This document shows, in pieces, positions 1 through 12,432 of a stretch of DNA of 64,000 nt. The stretch is from Eledone cirrhosa (lineage: Eukaryota), in NCBI GenBank assembly GCA_964016885.1, contig OZ024740.1:180792001-180856000 (forward strand). Direction: 5' to 3'. The position numbers and the translations under genes were made by a program. The first letter of the stretch is position 1. Each line of letters begins with the position of its first letter. The notes below the pieces were generated by a model that ran no database searches, had not been told where the DNA came from, and was given only the letters and a program-made list of their open reading frames with translations.

Positions 1-62
1 TATGTTAGAAACCGACTCTCTCTCTATTGGTAAAACTTAGTGAAATTATAAAACCAGAAGAA

Positions 63-132
63 CATACATACATACATACATACATACATACATACATACA
101 TACATACATACATACATACATACATACATACA
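63..132. repeat. (TACA)n microsatellite
   Basis: Perfect tetranucleotide run seen directly. Confidence 0.95.
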
Positions 133-204
133 TCTGCGTTCTCTAACTAAATCCACTATCTTACTTACTTACTCAGGAAACAAGGTCGACAAAGAAGTGG
201 GTCC

Positions 205-960
205 AGAAGTATCTCCCATCTTTTCTTTGTTGATGACCTGAAGTTGTACGGGCCAAATACCAATGACATCAAGAAACAATTGGACCTCATTACACAATTT
301 TCAACATACATCAAAATAAAATTTGGTGAGTCCAAGTGTGCATAGTTGGCAGTAAAACGTGGAAGAGCTGTGCCCTCCTCTAGAAATCTAGAGATGAACG
401 GCCTGACAATTCAACCTCTACAGTCATGTGACAACTAGAGATATCTTGGACAGGATGAGAATGTCAGACTTGATGGACCCATAAATAAGGAGAGAACCAG
501 AACTGAATACCTCAGAAGAGTAAAGAAAATATGGTCATCAGAACTGTCAGCGTACAACAAATACATTGCGGATAATACTTATGCTGTGCCAATTCTAACG
601 CCAACATTTAGCCTGCTGAACAGGTCATTGCAAGAACTAAGTGAGATGGATGTTAGGACTCGCAAACTTCCCAGTGTTACTGGGAATTTTAACATCAATT
701 GTGATGCGGATAGGCTATACTTCTCACGCAAGGAAGGTGGCTGGGGTCTAAAATCCATATTAACAATATATGGGACCCGGATAGTAACACAGAAGCAACA
801 CCTGCAACAGAGGAAAAGGGTTGGCAACCATCTTGCCCAGGTTTATGAGCATGAGAATAATATATCATTAGAATAGCGACTGATCTGGAGGAGAGATATG
901 GAATGAAGCCTGATATAAATCTTTCACCTATAGAAATCGGAAGATCCTATTCAATGTTCA
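205..960 (+). pseudogene. Decayed R4/Dong-clade non-LTR retrotransposon RT fragment
   Basis: Manual translation gives ISHLFFVDDLKLYG...KFGESKCA*...YLG...EYLRRVKKIWSSELSAYNK...YAVPILTPTF...RLYFSRKEGGWGL. This matches R4/Dong RT domains 5-7 and thumb, with internal stops. Confidence 0.8.
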
Positions 961-1411
961 AACAATATGAAAAAATTGACCAATTTACAGAAAATGCATG
1001 TGCGCCCAGCATATATATGTATATCGATCTGTGGAAACCGTTCGGATAATCAACAGCAAATGCATGAAGGACATCTCGATTGCATCGAGAACAGTAGAAA
1101 TAATTATTATGATTAAACGATATATGTAACCTCACCATCTTATTTTATTATTTTTATAAAAATCTCCATCGTAACTAAAACAACGATTGTTGAGAGCTTT
1201 CTCCTCTTTACTCCTGTTTTTACCAAAACAATCTTTTTCGAATATATATATATATATATATATAAGAATGGGTGCTCTGAAAAAGGGATGAATATATATG
1301 TATAGTATATTTGTCAATATACTGTATGCTTAATTAAAAACATTTTGAAGACATTGCGCTATTATCTTGTAGTGACTATGTCACTTCATTTTTCAACAAT
1401 CAAAGGGAGAT

Positions 1412-1455
1412 AAGCTGACAGATCTGTTTCATACTGTTGGTAATAATCAGAGTTT
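1412..1455 (-). ncRNA. Minimal hammerhead, mirror copy with core mutated to CTGATTA
   Basis: The reverse complement reads AAACT-CTGATTA-ttaccaacagtat-GAAA-CAGATCTG-TC-AGCTT. Confidence 0.65.
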
Positions 1456-1652
1456 AGCACTCGCCGATGCCTGTTGAAAATTATAGATGTTGGATTCTTA
1501 TAGAATTCCAGTAATAATCAGGAACAGAGCACCAATTCTAATTTTTAATTTTTGCTGGACCGGCAATCGCTCTGTATAATCATTCCCTGATTATTACTGG
1601 AATTATATAAGAATCCAACATCTATAATTTTAAACAGGCATCGGCCAGTGCT

Positions 1653-1696
1653 AAGCTCTGACGATTACCAACAGTATGAAACAGATCTATCAGCTT
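1653..1696 (+). ncRNA. Minimal type I hammerhead ribozyme
   Basis: AAGCT-CTGACGA-ttaccaacagtat-GAAA-cagatcta-TC-AGCTT has stem I, the core, a short stem II and a palindromic AGATCT in stem/loop III. Confidence 0.8.
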
Positions 1697-1780
1697 ACCT
1701 CCCTTTGTTTGTTGATATAATAGCGCAAGGTCTTCAAAATGTTTTTAATTAAGCATACATTATATTGCCAAATATACTAT

Positions 1781-2176
<396 letters not shown>

Positions 2177-2277
2177 AACTGCTGGACTGGCTACCTGACA
2201 GATACCTCAGGCACAGAAAGAGATTATCGCTAAATGCTGATGTTGGTTACATTATCAATGTTAGTATTATTGGGGCA

Positions 2278-2404
2278 CCCACTGATGAATTGTAGGAGCC
2301 CACTTGAATATATATCTATTGATGGTATACAAGCTCCTACATAAATTGGTATAATTTCACACAAGTTGTAGGTGTCCTATAATGAAACGAGACGTCCGTC
2401 TGGG
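2278..2404 (+). ncRNA. Type I hammerhead with extended stem II (array copy 1)
   Basis: CCCA-CTGATGA-ATTGTAGGA...TCCTATAAT-GAAA-CG-agacgtc-CG-TC-TGGG, with predicted cleavage after C2400. Confidence 0.8.
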
Positions 2405-2984
2405 AAGAGATATATTAGATATGTCTCATTTGAAATAATACAGCCAATTTTCCACGCAATAATTTTAGTTAGCACCCCGAACAAATAATTGGGAATATAA
2501 TCACTTATTTCCTAATGTTTGTTGAGTGAGTTGGAATTTGGCCGGAGTATCGCTAAAAAGCTTTCTTCGATATTGTATTTATTTACTTGCTCTTGGCGCA
2601 GCAGATGTCAAAAAAATTCCCGGTATAAGGTTAGCATTTCTTTGTTTATTTTTTATATATAAATATTGATTGTTCCTTATATCTCATTCTGTTATTTTGC
2701 TCGAGAAAATATCTGTGTGTGTCATCAAATGTTGTACACACATAGATATTTTTTCAATTTCCAATTGAGTTCTTAGCACGTGGCCTGAATTCCTTTCAGA
2801 GTTCATTGTCACGCGCATGTATTGTTTTTTTTTGGCGGTAATTCACTTCCTCACTTTTTGAATCAGTTCGAGCACTTCTTTCAGAACTGCTGGATGGCTA
2901 CCTGACAGATACCTCAGGCACAGAAAGTGATTATCGCTAAATGCTCATGTTGGTTAGATTATCAATATTAGTATTATGGCGGCA

Positions 2985-3111
2985 CCCACTGATGAATTAT
3001 AGGAGCCCAGTTGAATATATATCTATTGATGGTATACAAGCTCCTACATAAATTGGTATAATTTCACCAAAATTGTAGGAGTCCTATAATGAAACGAGAC
3101 GTCCGTCTGGG
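2985..3111 (+). ncRNA. Type I hammerhead (array copy 2)
   Basis: Same motif with a perfect ATTATAGGA/TCCTATAAT stem II base. Predicted cleavage after C3107. Confidence 0.8.
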
Positions 3112-3680
3112 AAGAGATATATTAGATATGTCTCATTTGAAATAATACAGCCAATTTTCCACGCAATACTTTTAGTTAGCACCCTGGACACATAATTTGG
3201 AATATAACCACTTATTTCCTAATGTTTGTTGAGTGAGTTGGAATTTGGCCCGAGTATCGCTAAAAAGCTTTCTCCGATATTGTATTTATTTACTTACTCT
3301 TGGCGCAGCAGAATCGAAAAAAATTCCCGGTATAACGATAGCATTTCTCTGTTTATTTTTTATATATGCATATTGATTGTTCCTTATATATCATTCTGTT
3401 ATTTTGCCCGAGAAAATATCTGTGTGTGTCATCAAATGTTGTACACACATAGATATTTTTTTCAATTTCCAATTGAGTTCTTAGCACGTGGCCTGAATTC
3501 CTTTCAGAGTTCATTGTCACGCGCATGTATTGTTTTTTTTTTTGGCGGTAATTCACTTCCTCATTTTTTGAATCAGTTCGAGCACTTCTTTCAGAACTGC
3601 TTGCCTGGCTACCGGACAGAAAGTGATTATCGCTAAATGCTGATGTTGGTTAGATTATCAATATTAGTATTATTGGGGCA

Positions 3681-3807
3681 CCCACTGATGAATTATAGGA
3701 GCCCACTTGAATATATATCTATTGATGGTATACAAGCTCCTACATAAATTGGTATAATTTCTCCCAAATTGTAGGAGTCCTATAATGAAACGAGACGTCC
3801 GTCTGGG
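3681..3807 (+). ncRNA. Type I hammerhead (array copy 3)
   Basis: Same motif. Predicted cleavage after C3803. Confidence 0.8.
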
Positions 3808-4371
3808 AAGAGATATATTAGATATGTCTCATTTGAAATAATACAGCCAATTTTCCACGCAATACTTTTAGTTAGCACCCCGAACACAACATTGGGAATA
3901 TAATCACTTATTTCTAATGTTTGTTGAGTGAGTTGGAATTTGGCCGGAGTATCGCTAAAAAGCTTTCTCCGATATTGTATTTATTTACTTAGTCTTGGCG
4001 CAGCAGATTTGAAAAAAATTCCCGGTATAAGGTTAGCATGTCTTTGTTTATTTTGTATATATGAATATTGATTGTTATTTATATCCATTCTGTTATTTTG
4101 CCCGAGAAAATATCTCTGTGTGTCATCAAATGTTGTACACACATAGATAATTTTCAATTTCAAATTGAGTTCTTAGCACGTGGCCTGAATTCCTTTCAGA
4201 GTTCATTGTCACGCGCATGTATTGTTTTTTTTTTTGCGGTAATTCACTTCCTCATTTTTGGAATCAGTTCGAGCACTTCTTTCAGAACTGCTTGCCTAGC
4301 CACCTGACAGAAAGTGATTATCGCTAAATGCTGATGTTGGTTAGATTATCAATATTAGTATTATTGGGGCA

Positions 4372-4498
4372 CCCACTGATGAATTATAGGAGCTCACTTG
4401 AATATATATCTATTGATGGTATACAAGCTCCTACATAAATTGGTATAATTTCTCCCAAATTGTAGGAGTCCTATAATGAAATGAGACATCCGTCTGGG
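4372..4498 (+). ncRNA. Type I hammerhead (array copy 4, stem III with CpG-type decay)
   Basis: GAAATGAGACATCCGTCTGGG, with two transitions relative to copies 1-3. Confidence 0.7.
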
Positions 4499-4672
4499 AA
4501 GAGATATATTAGATATGTCTCATTTGAAATAATACAGCCAATTCTCCACGCAATACTTTTAGTTAGCACCCCGAACACATAATTGGGAATATAATCACTT
4601 ATTTCTAATGTTTGTTGAGTGAGTTGGAATTTGGCCGGAGTATCGCTAAAAAGCTTTCTCCGATATTGTATT

Positions 4673-4673
<1 letters not shown>

Positions 4674-4761
<88 letters not shown>

Positions 4762-4768
4762 TTGTGTG

Positions 4769-4829
<61 letters not shown>

Positions 4830-4836
4830 TTGTGTG

Positions 4837-4897
<61 letters not shown>

Positions 4898-4906
4898 ATA
4901 TATATA
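4674..4906. repeat. (TA)n/(TG)n compound microsatellite
   Basis: Seen directly. Confidence 0.95.
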
Positions 4907-5034
4907 TGGTCGTTTTAGAAGCTTCAACAATCCAGATGGGTAAATCTCCGGGTAACAGAATCAGGTGGTAATGAAAGAGACAGATGTAGCAGGAAGTGCA
5001 GAGAGTGTAGAGGAAATTAGGAAAATGGTAAAAA

Positions 5035-5221
5035 TAATTGTTTCTACTTCAGGCACAAGGCCAACAATTACCCAGTGCATTACTGGTACTTTCTTTTATC
5101 GACCCCGTAAGGGTGAAAGGCAAAGTCAACCTCGGCGGGATTTGAACTCAGATCGTAAAGGGACGTAACTATGCTGGAAAGCATGGCGTCCAACCCTCTA
5201 CCGATACTGCTAATCCACCGG
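5035..5221 (-). mobile_element. tRNA-derived SINE (family 1, cephalopod-like)
   Basis: Minus strand reads CGGTGGATTAGCAGTATCGGTAG (A-box-like)...GAGTTCAAATCCC (B-box)...GACTTTGCCTTTCA...GTCGATAAAA. Several further full or partial copies occur in the window. Confidence 0.85.
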
Positions 5222-5614
5222 AAAAGTGTAAAAATAATAACACGAGAATGAGTTACCTTGGAAGTGATTTAATTTTCCCTATATTTCTTCCATCAACAGG
5301 ATTATTTTCAGAGGGGAAAAGTTTTGTCGGAGAGGGACAGCACGTGGCCTCTGTTGTTTACCGTGTGTGTACATCTGAACTATCCTGTCGGGTACGTGTG
5401 CGGGGAATAGCTACGGTCAGACAAAGGTCAATACAGTTCTATATTAGAGCAGTGGGGTAGGGGGGCGATGTGTCAATGCGTACGCATCTTTGTTTGGTCT
5501 GTGATACTAGCAGGCATGGTGTTGGTAATTTGCCTGCTTATTGTCTGTTGCTCGGTGGATGGTGAGCACTATATACACAAAATAACAATCTATGTGTGTT
5601 GTTGTTCCATTTGT

Positions 5615-5930
5615 TTACACCAGCCATCTCGTCTCACTTCTCTCCGATTGATTATTGATTTGTGGTCCGACGCGCTTCATCCAGAGTTTCTCCATCCTTA
5701 ATTTGTCGACGTTGCGTTCCGTAGCTAACGCTGTGACAATTGCTCATCCGTCTTTGTTTCTGCATTTGATTATGTGTTTCCGTAACGATAAGGCCCTACT
5801 GTTGCGTTCCTTGATGTAGTGGCTAGTTCATAAGGATGGATACATTCCTTCATGTAGTTATTGATACAATGTTGCTGTGGAACATTTGATCGTATAGCCA
5901 CTTGATCAGGATTGAAATTGATGATTAATA
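5615..5930 (-). pseudogene. Decayed Penelope-like GIY-YIG endonuclease C-terminus
   Basis: Minus-strand translation ...PQQHCINNY...LATERNVDKLRMEKLWMKRVGPQINNQ resembles the E-x-I-x-P-x-N end of PLE endonucleases. Confidence 0.5.
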
Positions 5931-6727
5931 GAGCAACACAGACTTTTCTAGTGATTTCTATTTACATATGGGAGAACTCGACAAAGTTGACCGTCAACGT
6001 GACATGATACTAGTGAAGGTATTAGGACTATTTATACTTTACGCAGAAAAGAACTGACGATATAAGCAATTCCTCGTGTTTCGTATCTTACATATTTCAT
6101 ATTAAATACAAATTATAAACTTAAAAACATGTTTGTGCAATTTCGTGATTTATTTCAACCTTTCCTTTATTACGGACGGAAAAATCATATAAAACTGAAA
6201 TGACATGCTATTGCTGTTTACTAAAGATAATTTGTATTGATTTAACACAGCTGTATTACTATCAGCCACAAGCAACATAAATAAATATAGATTTTATTTT
6301 TATAGTTGGATAAGAAAACTTATAAATATTCTCTTATCTTTAATATTTTCAACAGAGTAATTATAAAACAAACAAAATAAATTACGGAAAAGATAAATAT
6401 TCACTGTACCAACGCAAATTCATTTATATTAAACATTATATAATTTCCAAATACGGATTGACTGCTGGTTTCGTATCATTTATTTTAATTTTATTTTGCT
6501 GTTCAATTTATATATTAAAAAAAAAATGATATTATCAATTTAAATATAATGCATGTAAAAGTATTTTAAATATATATTACACGTGAAAACTATTGAATAA
6601 AGAGATTTATAAAATGACCTCCAATCGTTTTAAAAAATTAGAATAAAAAATGATGAATTGTATATGAACCTATCGTTAATACTACATTAGTGTACGGTGT
6701 ATTTGTTTAGTACGTATTTATTTGATA

Positions 6728-7043
6728 ATAATTGTTTCTACTATTGGCATAAGGTCAGCAAACACCCAGTACATTACTGGTACTTTATTTTATCGACTCC
6801 GTAAGGATGAAAGGCAAAGTTCACCTTATATATATTTGATAATATTTATTTGATAATAATTATTTCTACCTTTGGCACAAGGCCAGCAATTACCCAGTGT
6901 ATTACAGGTACTTTATTTTATCGACCCCATAAGGATGAAAGGCAAAGTTAACTTCGGGGGGATTTGAACTCAGAATGGCAAGGGCCGTAACTCTATGCGT
7001 CAAAGCATGGCGTCCGACCCTCTACCGATACTGCCAATCCACC
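6728..7043 (-). mobile_element. Two tandem SINE family 1 copies (partial 6728-6826, full 6856-7043)
   Basis: Similar to 5035-5221. Confidence 0.85.
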
Positions 7044-7699
7044 ATAATGTATTTGATTAAATAATAATCTACGTTATTTTGCTGAATAATATACGTTATT
7101 TAGAGTGTTTGCGTCTGTACGTTAATATACGTCTACACTGCACTTATTAAATGAAGATCAGATGCTACAACAGCTTGGGGTTTTAGAGACCCCTGCTATA
7201 TAGTACGCCACCATAAACGTAACAAATCTATTTGGAGCAGTTGAACATTTCTCTATCTAAAATATGTGACGAGCCTCCACCAGGCTTAGAAACAAAAATA
7301 AAGGTCAAATTTACTTATGTATCAATGGCCAACAAAGGAAAGACGGTTATAGAAAATGTAATCTCAATGGTGCCCCAACATCGTCTTAGTCCTTCGACGT
7401 GAAGAGATAAAAGATAAAAATAGACAGATATATGATAAATATGAAGTATATAGGACTACAAGTTTGCTATTATTTACGCTGCTATGAAAATCATGAACCT
7501 TATTCATTTTCCCTTGTTATTTCTCTAGAGAAGAAGATATAACTGGCAATATGAATTTTCAGTTCCCGTTTCAGTAATTTTAAATTAAATGTTTCACTAT
7601 ATCAGAAAAAATATGTAGCATGTGATGAAAAAGAATTAAACAAGTCTATTTAACTAATCTATACTCTGTCGAGATTATTGTCATACCAGTCGGGAGAAA

Positions 7700-8863
7700 T
7701 ACGAAAGTGGGCTGAAATAATTATAGGTTGTCTATGAAGTAGTGACACTACACCTGTGAAATCTTGCATGTATTACTATCAACTCTTCTTATTAACTATT
7801 GCATTGTTTCTGTCCAGGTAAAGTGACATCTGGCTTCAAAGATAACTTGTCTTAAAAAATGATTCAAGTTATCATCGTGGTGTTGTCAAGGGCCTGCATA
7901 CAATGGGTGTAGCCCGTAATGACATTCATTCTGATATGGTTGCTACACCAAGGGAAGATACACTTCAGCTTTGACAACCGTGCTGTGTGGGCAACTGAAT
8001 TTAGGAGGGGAAGAGAGAGTCTTGAAGTTGGCCCATGTTCTGGGCGTCCTAATTGCTACCACCGGGGAAAACATTGATCGTCTTCACCACATATTTATAG
8101 GTGACTATCAATCGAATAGTCAATGCTATTAGCATATCCCATGTGAGAATTAAGAATATTCTGCACAATAAATTGACATGAAGCAGGACCCTGCCTTTTG
8201 GGTGCCACATTTTCTGACACCTGATCAAAAGCGCACGAGGCTGCTCACAGCAGGGGGCAATCTGATATTGTTTGAGACAGGTCTAACAGATTTCAATGAA
8301 GGTTTCGTAACACAGGACAAATATTGGATTCATCACCAGGGACAAAGAAACCTTCCATGCAGTGGAACCACCCATCTTTATCTGTTCCAAAGAAGGCCAA
8401 GGTCGTTTCATCTGCAGAGCAGGTTTTTCAGGGGGATGCTTAGGAGATTGTATTGATTGGCTACCTTCAAAATGGACACACAATCAATGGAGAGTAATAT
8501 GCCAAATTGCTGAGGGAGTTACGAAAGGTTATCAAGACTAAATTTCCTTACTGTGCGTTAATATTTCTTTGAACTGATTGATCCTGATTGATCCTTATTC
8601 ACCTGATTTGCCCCTCTCTGACTGTCATCTATTCCCCAACATGGTAAAACACTTGACTGGGAATCGGAATCACAGTGATGACAACATTATATGTGCTGTT
8701 GAACGTTTTGATCAACAGGATGAAAGCTTCTTCACAAATAGGTTTCACACGCTGCAACACCGATTGGAGGAGTGTATGGACTACAAGGAGAATTTTGCTG
8801 AAAATAATCTCACTTGCTTGCATTCGATGGGAGTATCTTTGAACTTTTCAGTCGACCCTCGTA
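7700..8863 (+). mobile_element. Decayed mariner (Tc1/mariner) DNA transposon
   Basis: The ends TACGAAAGTGGGCTGAAA and TTTTCAGTCGACCCTCGTA are degenerate TIRs with TA. Transposase motifs WVPHFLT (WVPHEL), VTQDKYW (TGDETW) and PYSPDLPLSDCHLF (YSPDL) are present, with frameshifts. Confidence 0.88.
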
Positions 8864-10439
8864 ATAACTTCCAATAATTTAGTGGAGAACCATTTCCATT
8901 GTTAATTATAGCCCTTCCATATAAAAATATCGTTAAGGGCCATGGCTAAAACATGTCGTTTGTGTTATTAGCTTAATCAACATGCGGCGAGAAGTGTTTT
9001 AATTCAGAATCCAAGCATAATTAATGAGTCTCACTGAATGTAATTCATGAGTGCAATGAAAAAAGAGTATAATGAGTGCAAATAGTTTTCAAATGGATTT
9101 CAGCTGTTGGGGAAATATTTGGATAAGTTATTTCTCTAGGATTCCTGAACGTTACACACGAAGAATAGAGTCAATTCTCAGCGATAATCTAATGTTCGAA
9201 TACATTCGTTGATTCAAAATTGCAGCAGCTTATATATATGTGGTAGAACATGCATAAATAGAAAATTGTTCATATAAGGGGTAAAATTAAAAATGGAAAG
9301 AACGTTAGAGAATAAACATTAGGTTATCTTGTAAATTACATATATTTCATAAAATACATCGCCTCTTTATTCTCATGGTTGAATCTATTGAGTGATGTAC
9401 GGGTCCAGATTTTTAAATGTTTCTACGGTCATATTTAGGAGTAGTTACTCAATACACGTTTCTATTAGACATTAAATTGTTTAGCTCTGAATTAATTTCT
9501 TACTATTCACAGAATAAACATTGGATATTTGTTCTGCTTGAATTTGAAGTAATTATCTATTAACAATTTTTTTACCTTCACCTATACGTGGATACAATAG
9601 TATTTATTTATAACTCAGTTTTAAATGTAGCATGCCATCATTAAAATAACATTGGACTGTATTTACACCCTCTGTATCACTGTTTCTAGTAACTATTAAT
9701 TATATGAATTTTAAATATACGGCTTGATTTTATTTTTAACCCGAACAAAATATTATTGTTTTGTAATAAGCAAATGTGATGTACACAATATTTAGATAGC
9801 CGCAGATAGGTTTTCGAGTGCAATTAAATAAGTAATAGAATAATATTAATTACGAAAGAGGGAGGTGTACTGAAATAGACGTAGAATCCTGAGATAGCAA
9901 ATTATCCGGATTCACTGTCAATGAATAATTTACTCATCCGTAATGAATTCGCTGCTGTCTGGTGAGATTTAAGTGCTTAATTCCAGTAACTGAAGAGCTC
10001 GGAAAATTGAGGGAATATATCTATTACTACCCTCATTTGTACATTAAATTAAACAGAGCAAACCTAATTATGGAAAATAATGGAGGTGTCAATTGTCCAT
10101 AATTGAATATTCAAGGCTTATACACTTCTCTTTTATTCTGCTTAACATTAGATATGTAGCATTTACGTTACAATCAAATATATATACATATATCAAACCA
10201 GTATTTCTATTTAAAAAACAAAAGCATTGTTATAAATAAACAGAAAGTGTAACAAATGATACACTGGATTGCATTTAAACAAGAGTAGAATTTGAAAAAT
10301 ATTTAAGCATTTTGACTTTCTTAAAAGGCTATCTGTGTTAACCAGGAATGCATCAAAAAGCAGGTTAGCCAATTACCGATTACTAATAAATCGAACGCCA
10401 AAATGTTGTACTGTGACTACGCATTGCAATTCTGATCAT

Positions 10440-10519
10440 TATTTATAGGTCGATAAAATAAAGTACCAGTAATGCACTGGGTAATTTATGGCCGTGTGCC
10501 AAAAGTAGAAACAATTATT
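10440..10519 (+). mobile_element. SINE family 1 3' fragment
   Basis: GGTCGATAAAATAAAGTACCAGTAATGCACTGGG...GTAGAAACAATTATT. Confidence 0.75.
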
Positions 10520-11093
10520 TATAAACTATAAATTGAGCAAGCTGATATTATATGAATCATAATTACTGTAAAATTACCTAATACATTTATGTCCAACCGA
10601 AAATTAATATTAGGTTTTTACAAAACCACTAGAATTAAAAATCAACCGTACCATAACAGACCAATAAGTCTGTAAGACTTGGAACTTACTTCGTACCAAT
10701 ATATGATATATATATAGTTTAATCTAAAAAAGGCATTTGTACATCCCAGGAATCAAATTAATATAGTGGGCTTAACATGTATTTAGAAATAAAGTTTATT
10801 ACAGCACATAACAAACAAAAATACAAATCGGGAAAAATATGATTACCATATGCGTATAAACTTGAAGGTCCGGTATACCAAGCGAGCGTTGTTTAGAATA
10901 GAGGTGTATAAGGTATATAGTGTAGATGGATAAAACACCTGCAATTCTCAAATTTTTACCATGGTGCCATTGACATAATCACAGGATAAATACAAAACGT
11001 AAGAGCTAAATATGTTCTCTATATATAAGTTTATTGGATAAACGCACGTCATGCTTACTATCTCCTCCCACCCCCACCACATATATATATATA

Positions 11094-11221
11094 CATTGTT
11101 TCCGAAAAAGATGGTTTGATCAAACCTATACATGATATATGATAGTATACAGTTATATAACTGCTATAGATCAATCAATATGTCAATATGATCAACCCAC
11201 CGAAACGATCGTAAAACAATG
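11094..11221 (+). ncRNA. Degenerate hammerhead with long stem II (core CCGAAAA)
   Basis: CATTGTTT-CCGAAAA-agatggtttgatc...gatcaacccacc-GAAA-CGATCG-TA-AAACAATG has an 8-bp stem I and a palindromic stem III. Confidence 0.6.
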
Positions 11222-11352
11222 ATATGACTAGGTAAAATAACTTAACTTTATTATTGTTTACATTGTTAAATTAATAACTAACATACATATATACACTAAC
11301 ACACACACACATATATATATACAAATATATATTTACATATATATATATAAAA

Positions 11353-11529
11353 GGAACGATCGACTTTCGTCAAATCGGACCGAGGGAACAATGTTTCCGT
11401 TGGTCTTTCCAATTGCTAATACTATCTATCGGTCGCAACTCTAGGTAGAATGAGCAACGTGAAATAAAGTGTTATAACGCATAGCCTGGTCCAGGAATCG
11501 AAGACACAACCTTACGATTGCGAACCCAA

Positions 11530-11628
<99 letters not shown>

Positions 11629-11647
11629 CGTGTGGCTGAGTGGTTAG

Positions 11648-11681
<34 letters not shown>

Positions 11682-11990
11682 GGAGAGAGAGAGGTTACGA
11701 ACCAGATTGACCTTAACGCACCAGAGTACTCAATACTTAGGGTTGTAGAGTAGGTAATAGGAACATGTTTGACCCCGGCGGCAGAGCTAAATTTAGTCCA
11801 GAAATAGCCGTCGCAACGGCTTGACGTCTGCCGTCGGGGTCACACATTTTCCCGGACCGAGGAAACAATGTTTCGATTGGTCTTTCCAGTTGCTAAAACT
11901 ATCTATCTGTCGCAACTCCAGGTAGAAAGAGCAACATGAAATAACCTCACGATTGCGAATCCAATCCTCTAACCACTCAGCTACACGCCT
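11353..11990 (-). mobile_element. Two copies of tRNA-derived SINE family 2 (11353-11531 and 11853-11990) separated by microsatellites and a hairpin element
   Basis: GGACCGAGG.AACAATGTTTC...GTCGCAACTC is repeated. The minus-strand head AGGCGTGTAGCTGAGTGGTTAG is an A-box and GTTCGATTCC-like sequence is a B-box. Confidence 0.75.
11695..11853. other. Small repeat with a GC-rich branched hairpin, homologous to 21205-21401
   Basis: The two loci share the leader ACCAGAT.GACC.TAACGCA...AGGGT.GTAGAGT.GGTAATA. The stem is GACCCCGGCGGCAGA/TCTGCCGTCGGGGTC. Confidence 0.7.
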
Positions 11991-11991
11991 T

Positions 11992-12111
<120 letters not shown>

Positions 12112-12133
12112 TTAAAGTATGAGAGATAGGGAG

Positions 12134-12183
<50 letters not shown>

Positions 12184-12432
12184 GCAGACATCTACACAAC
12201 TTGGACTTCTAAATAGTGTTGTATAAATTAATATTAGCAATTTTAGTCTTCAAAATCTGTTACTTTGTATGTTAAGATTGTGTGCCACACATTTTAATGT
12301 ACTTTGCTAATTTTTAGGAAGAAGTGTGTCTAACACGTTTATTTATTAAACGCCTGTTGTCAGAATAATTGACACACAACGTTAGTCGACAATTAAATAA
12401 CAGATATCCAGAGTTATTATTTATTCTAACAC

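Larger units (their letters stand above)
1302..1780. repeat. Fold-back inverted repeat (arms ~1302-1524 and ~1583-1780) between (TA)n tracts, one hammerhead per arm
   Basis: The arms are reverse complements, e.g. GATGTTGGATTCTTATAGAATTCCAGTAATAATCAGG versus CCTGATTATTACTGGAATTATATAAGAATCCAACATC. Confidence 0.9.
2177..4673 (+). repeat. Tandem array of ~3.6 copies of a ~690-707 bp unit, one hammerhead per unit (retrozyme-like or PLE pLTR-like)
   Basis: The unit start AACTGCT...CTACC recurs at ~2177, 2885, 3595 and 4286. The array is flanked by (TA)n on both sides. Confidence 0.92.

Noticed and set aside
2177-4673. CRISPR-like array
   Set aside because: The whole ~700-bp unit is repeated with no unique spacers and no cas genes, in a eukaryotic context.
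5150-5221. tRNA genes at SINE heads
   Set aside because: A and B boxes are present but there is no cloverleaf, and the sequence continues into multi-copy SINE bodies.
9988-10012. CTGAAGA...GAAA hammerhead-like words
   Set aside because: No stem I, II or III pairing and no cleavage triplet.
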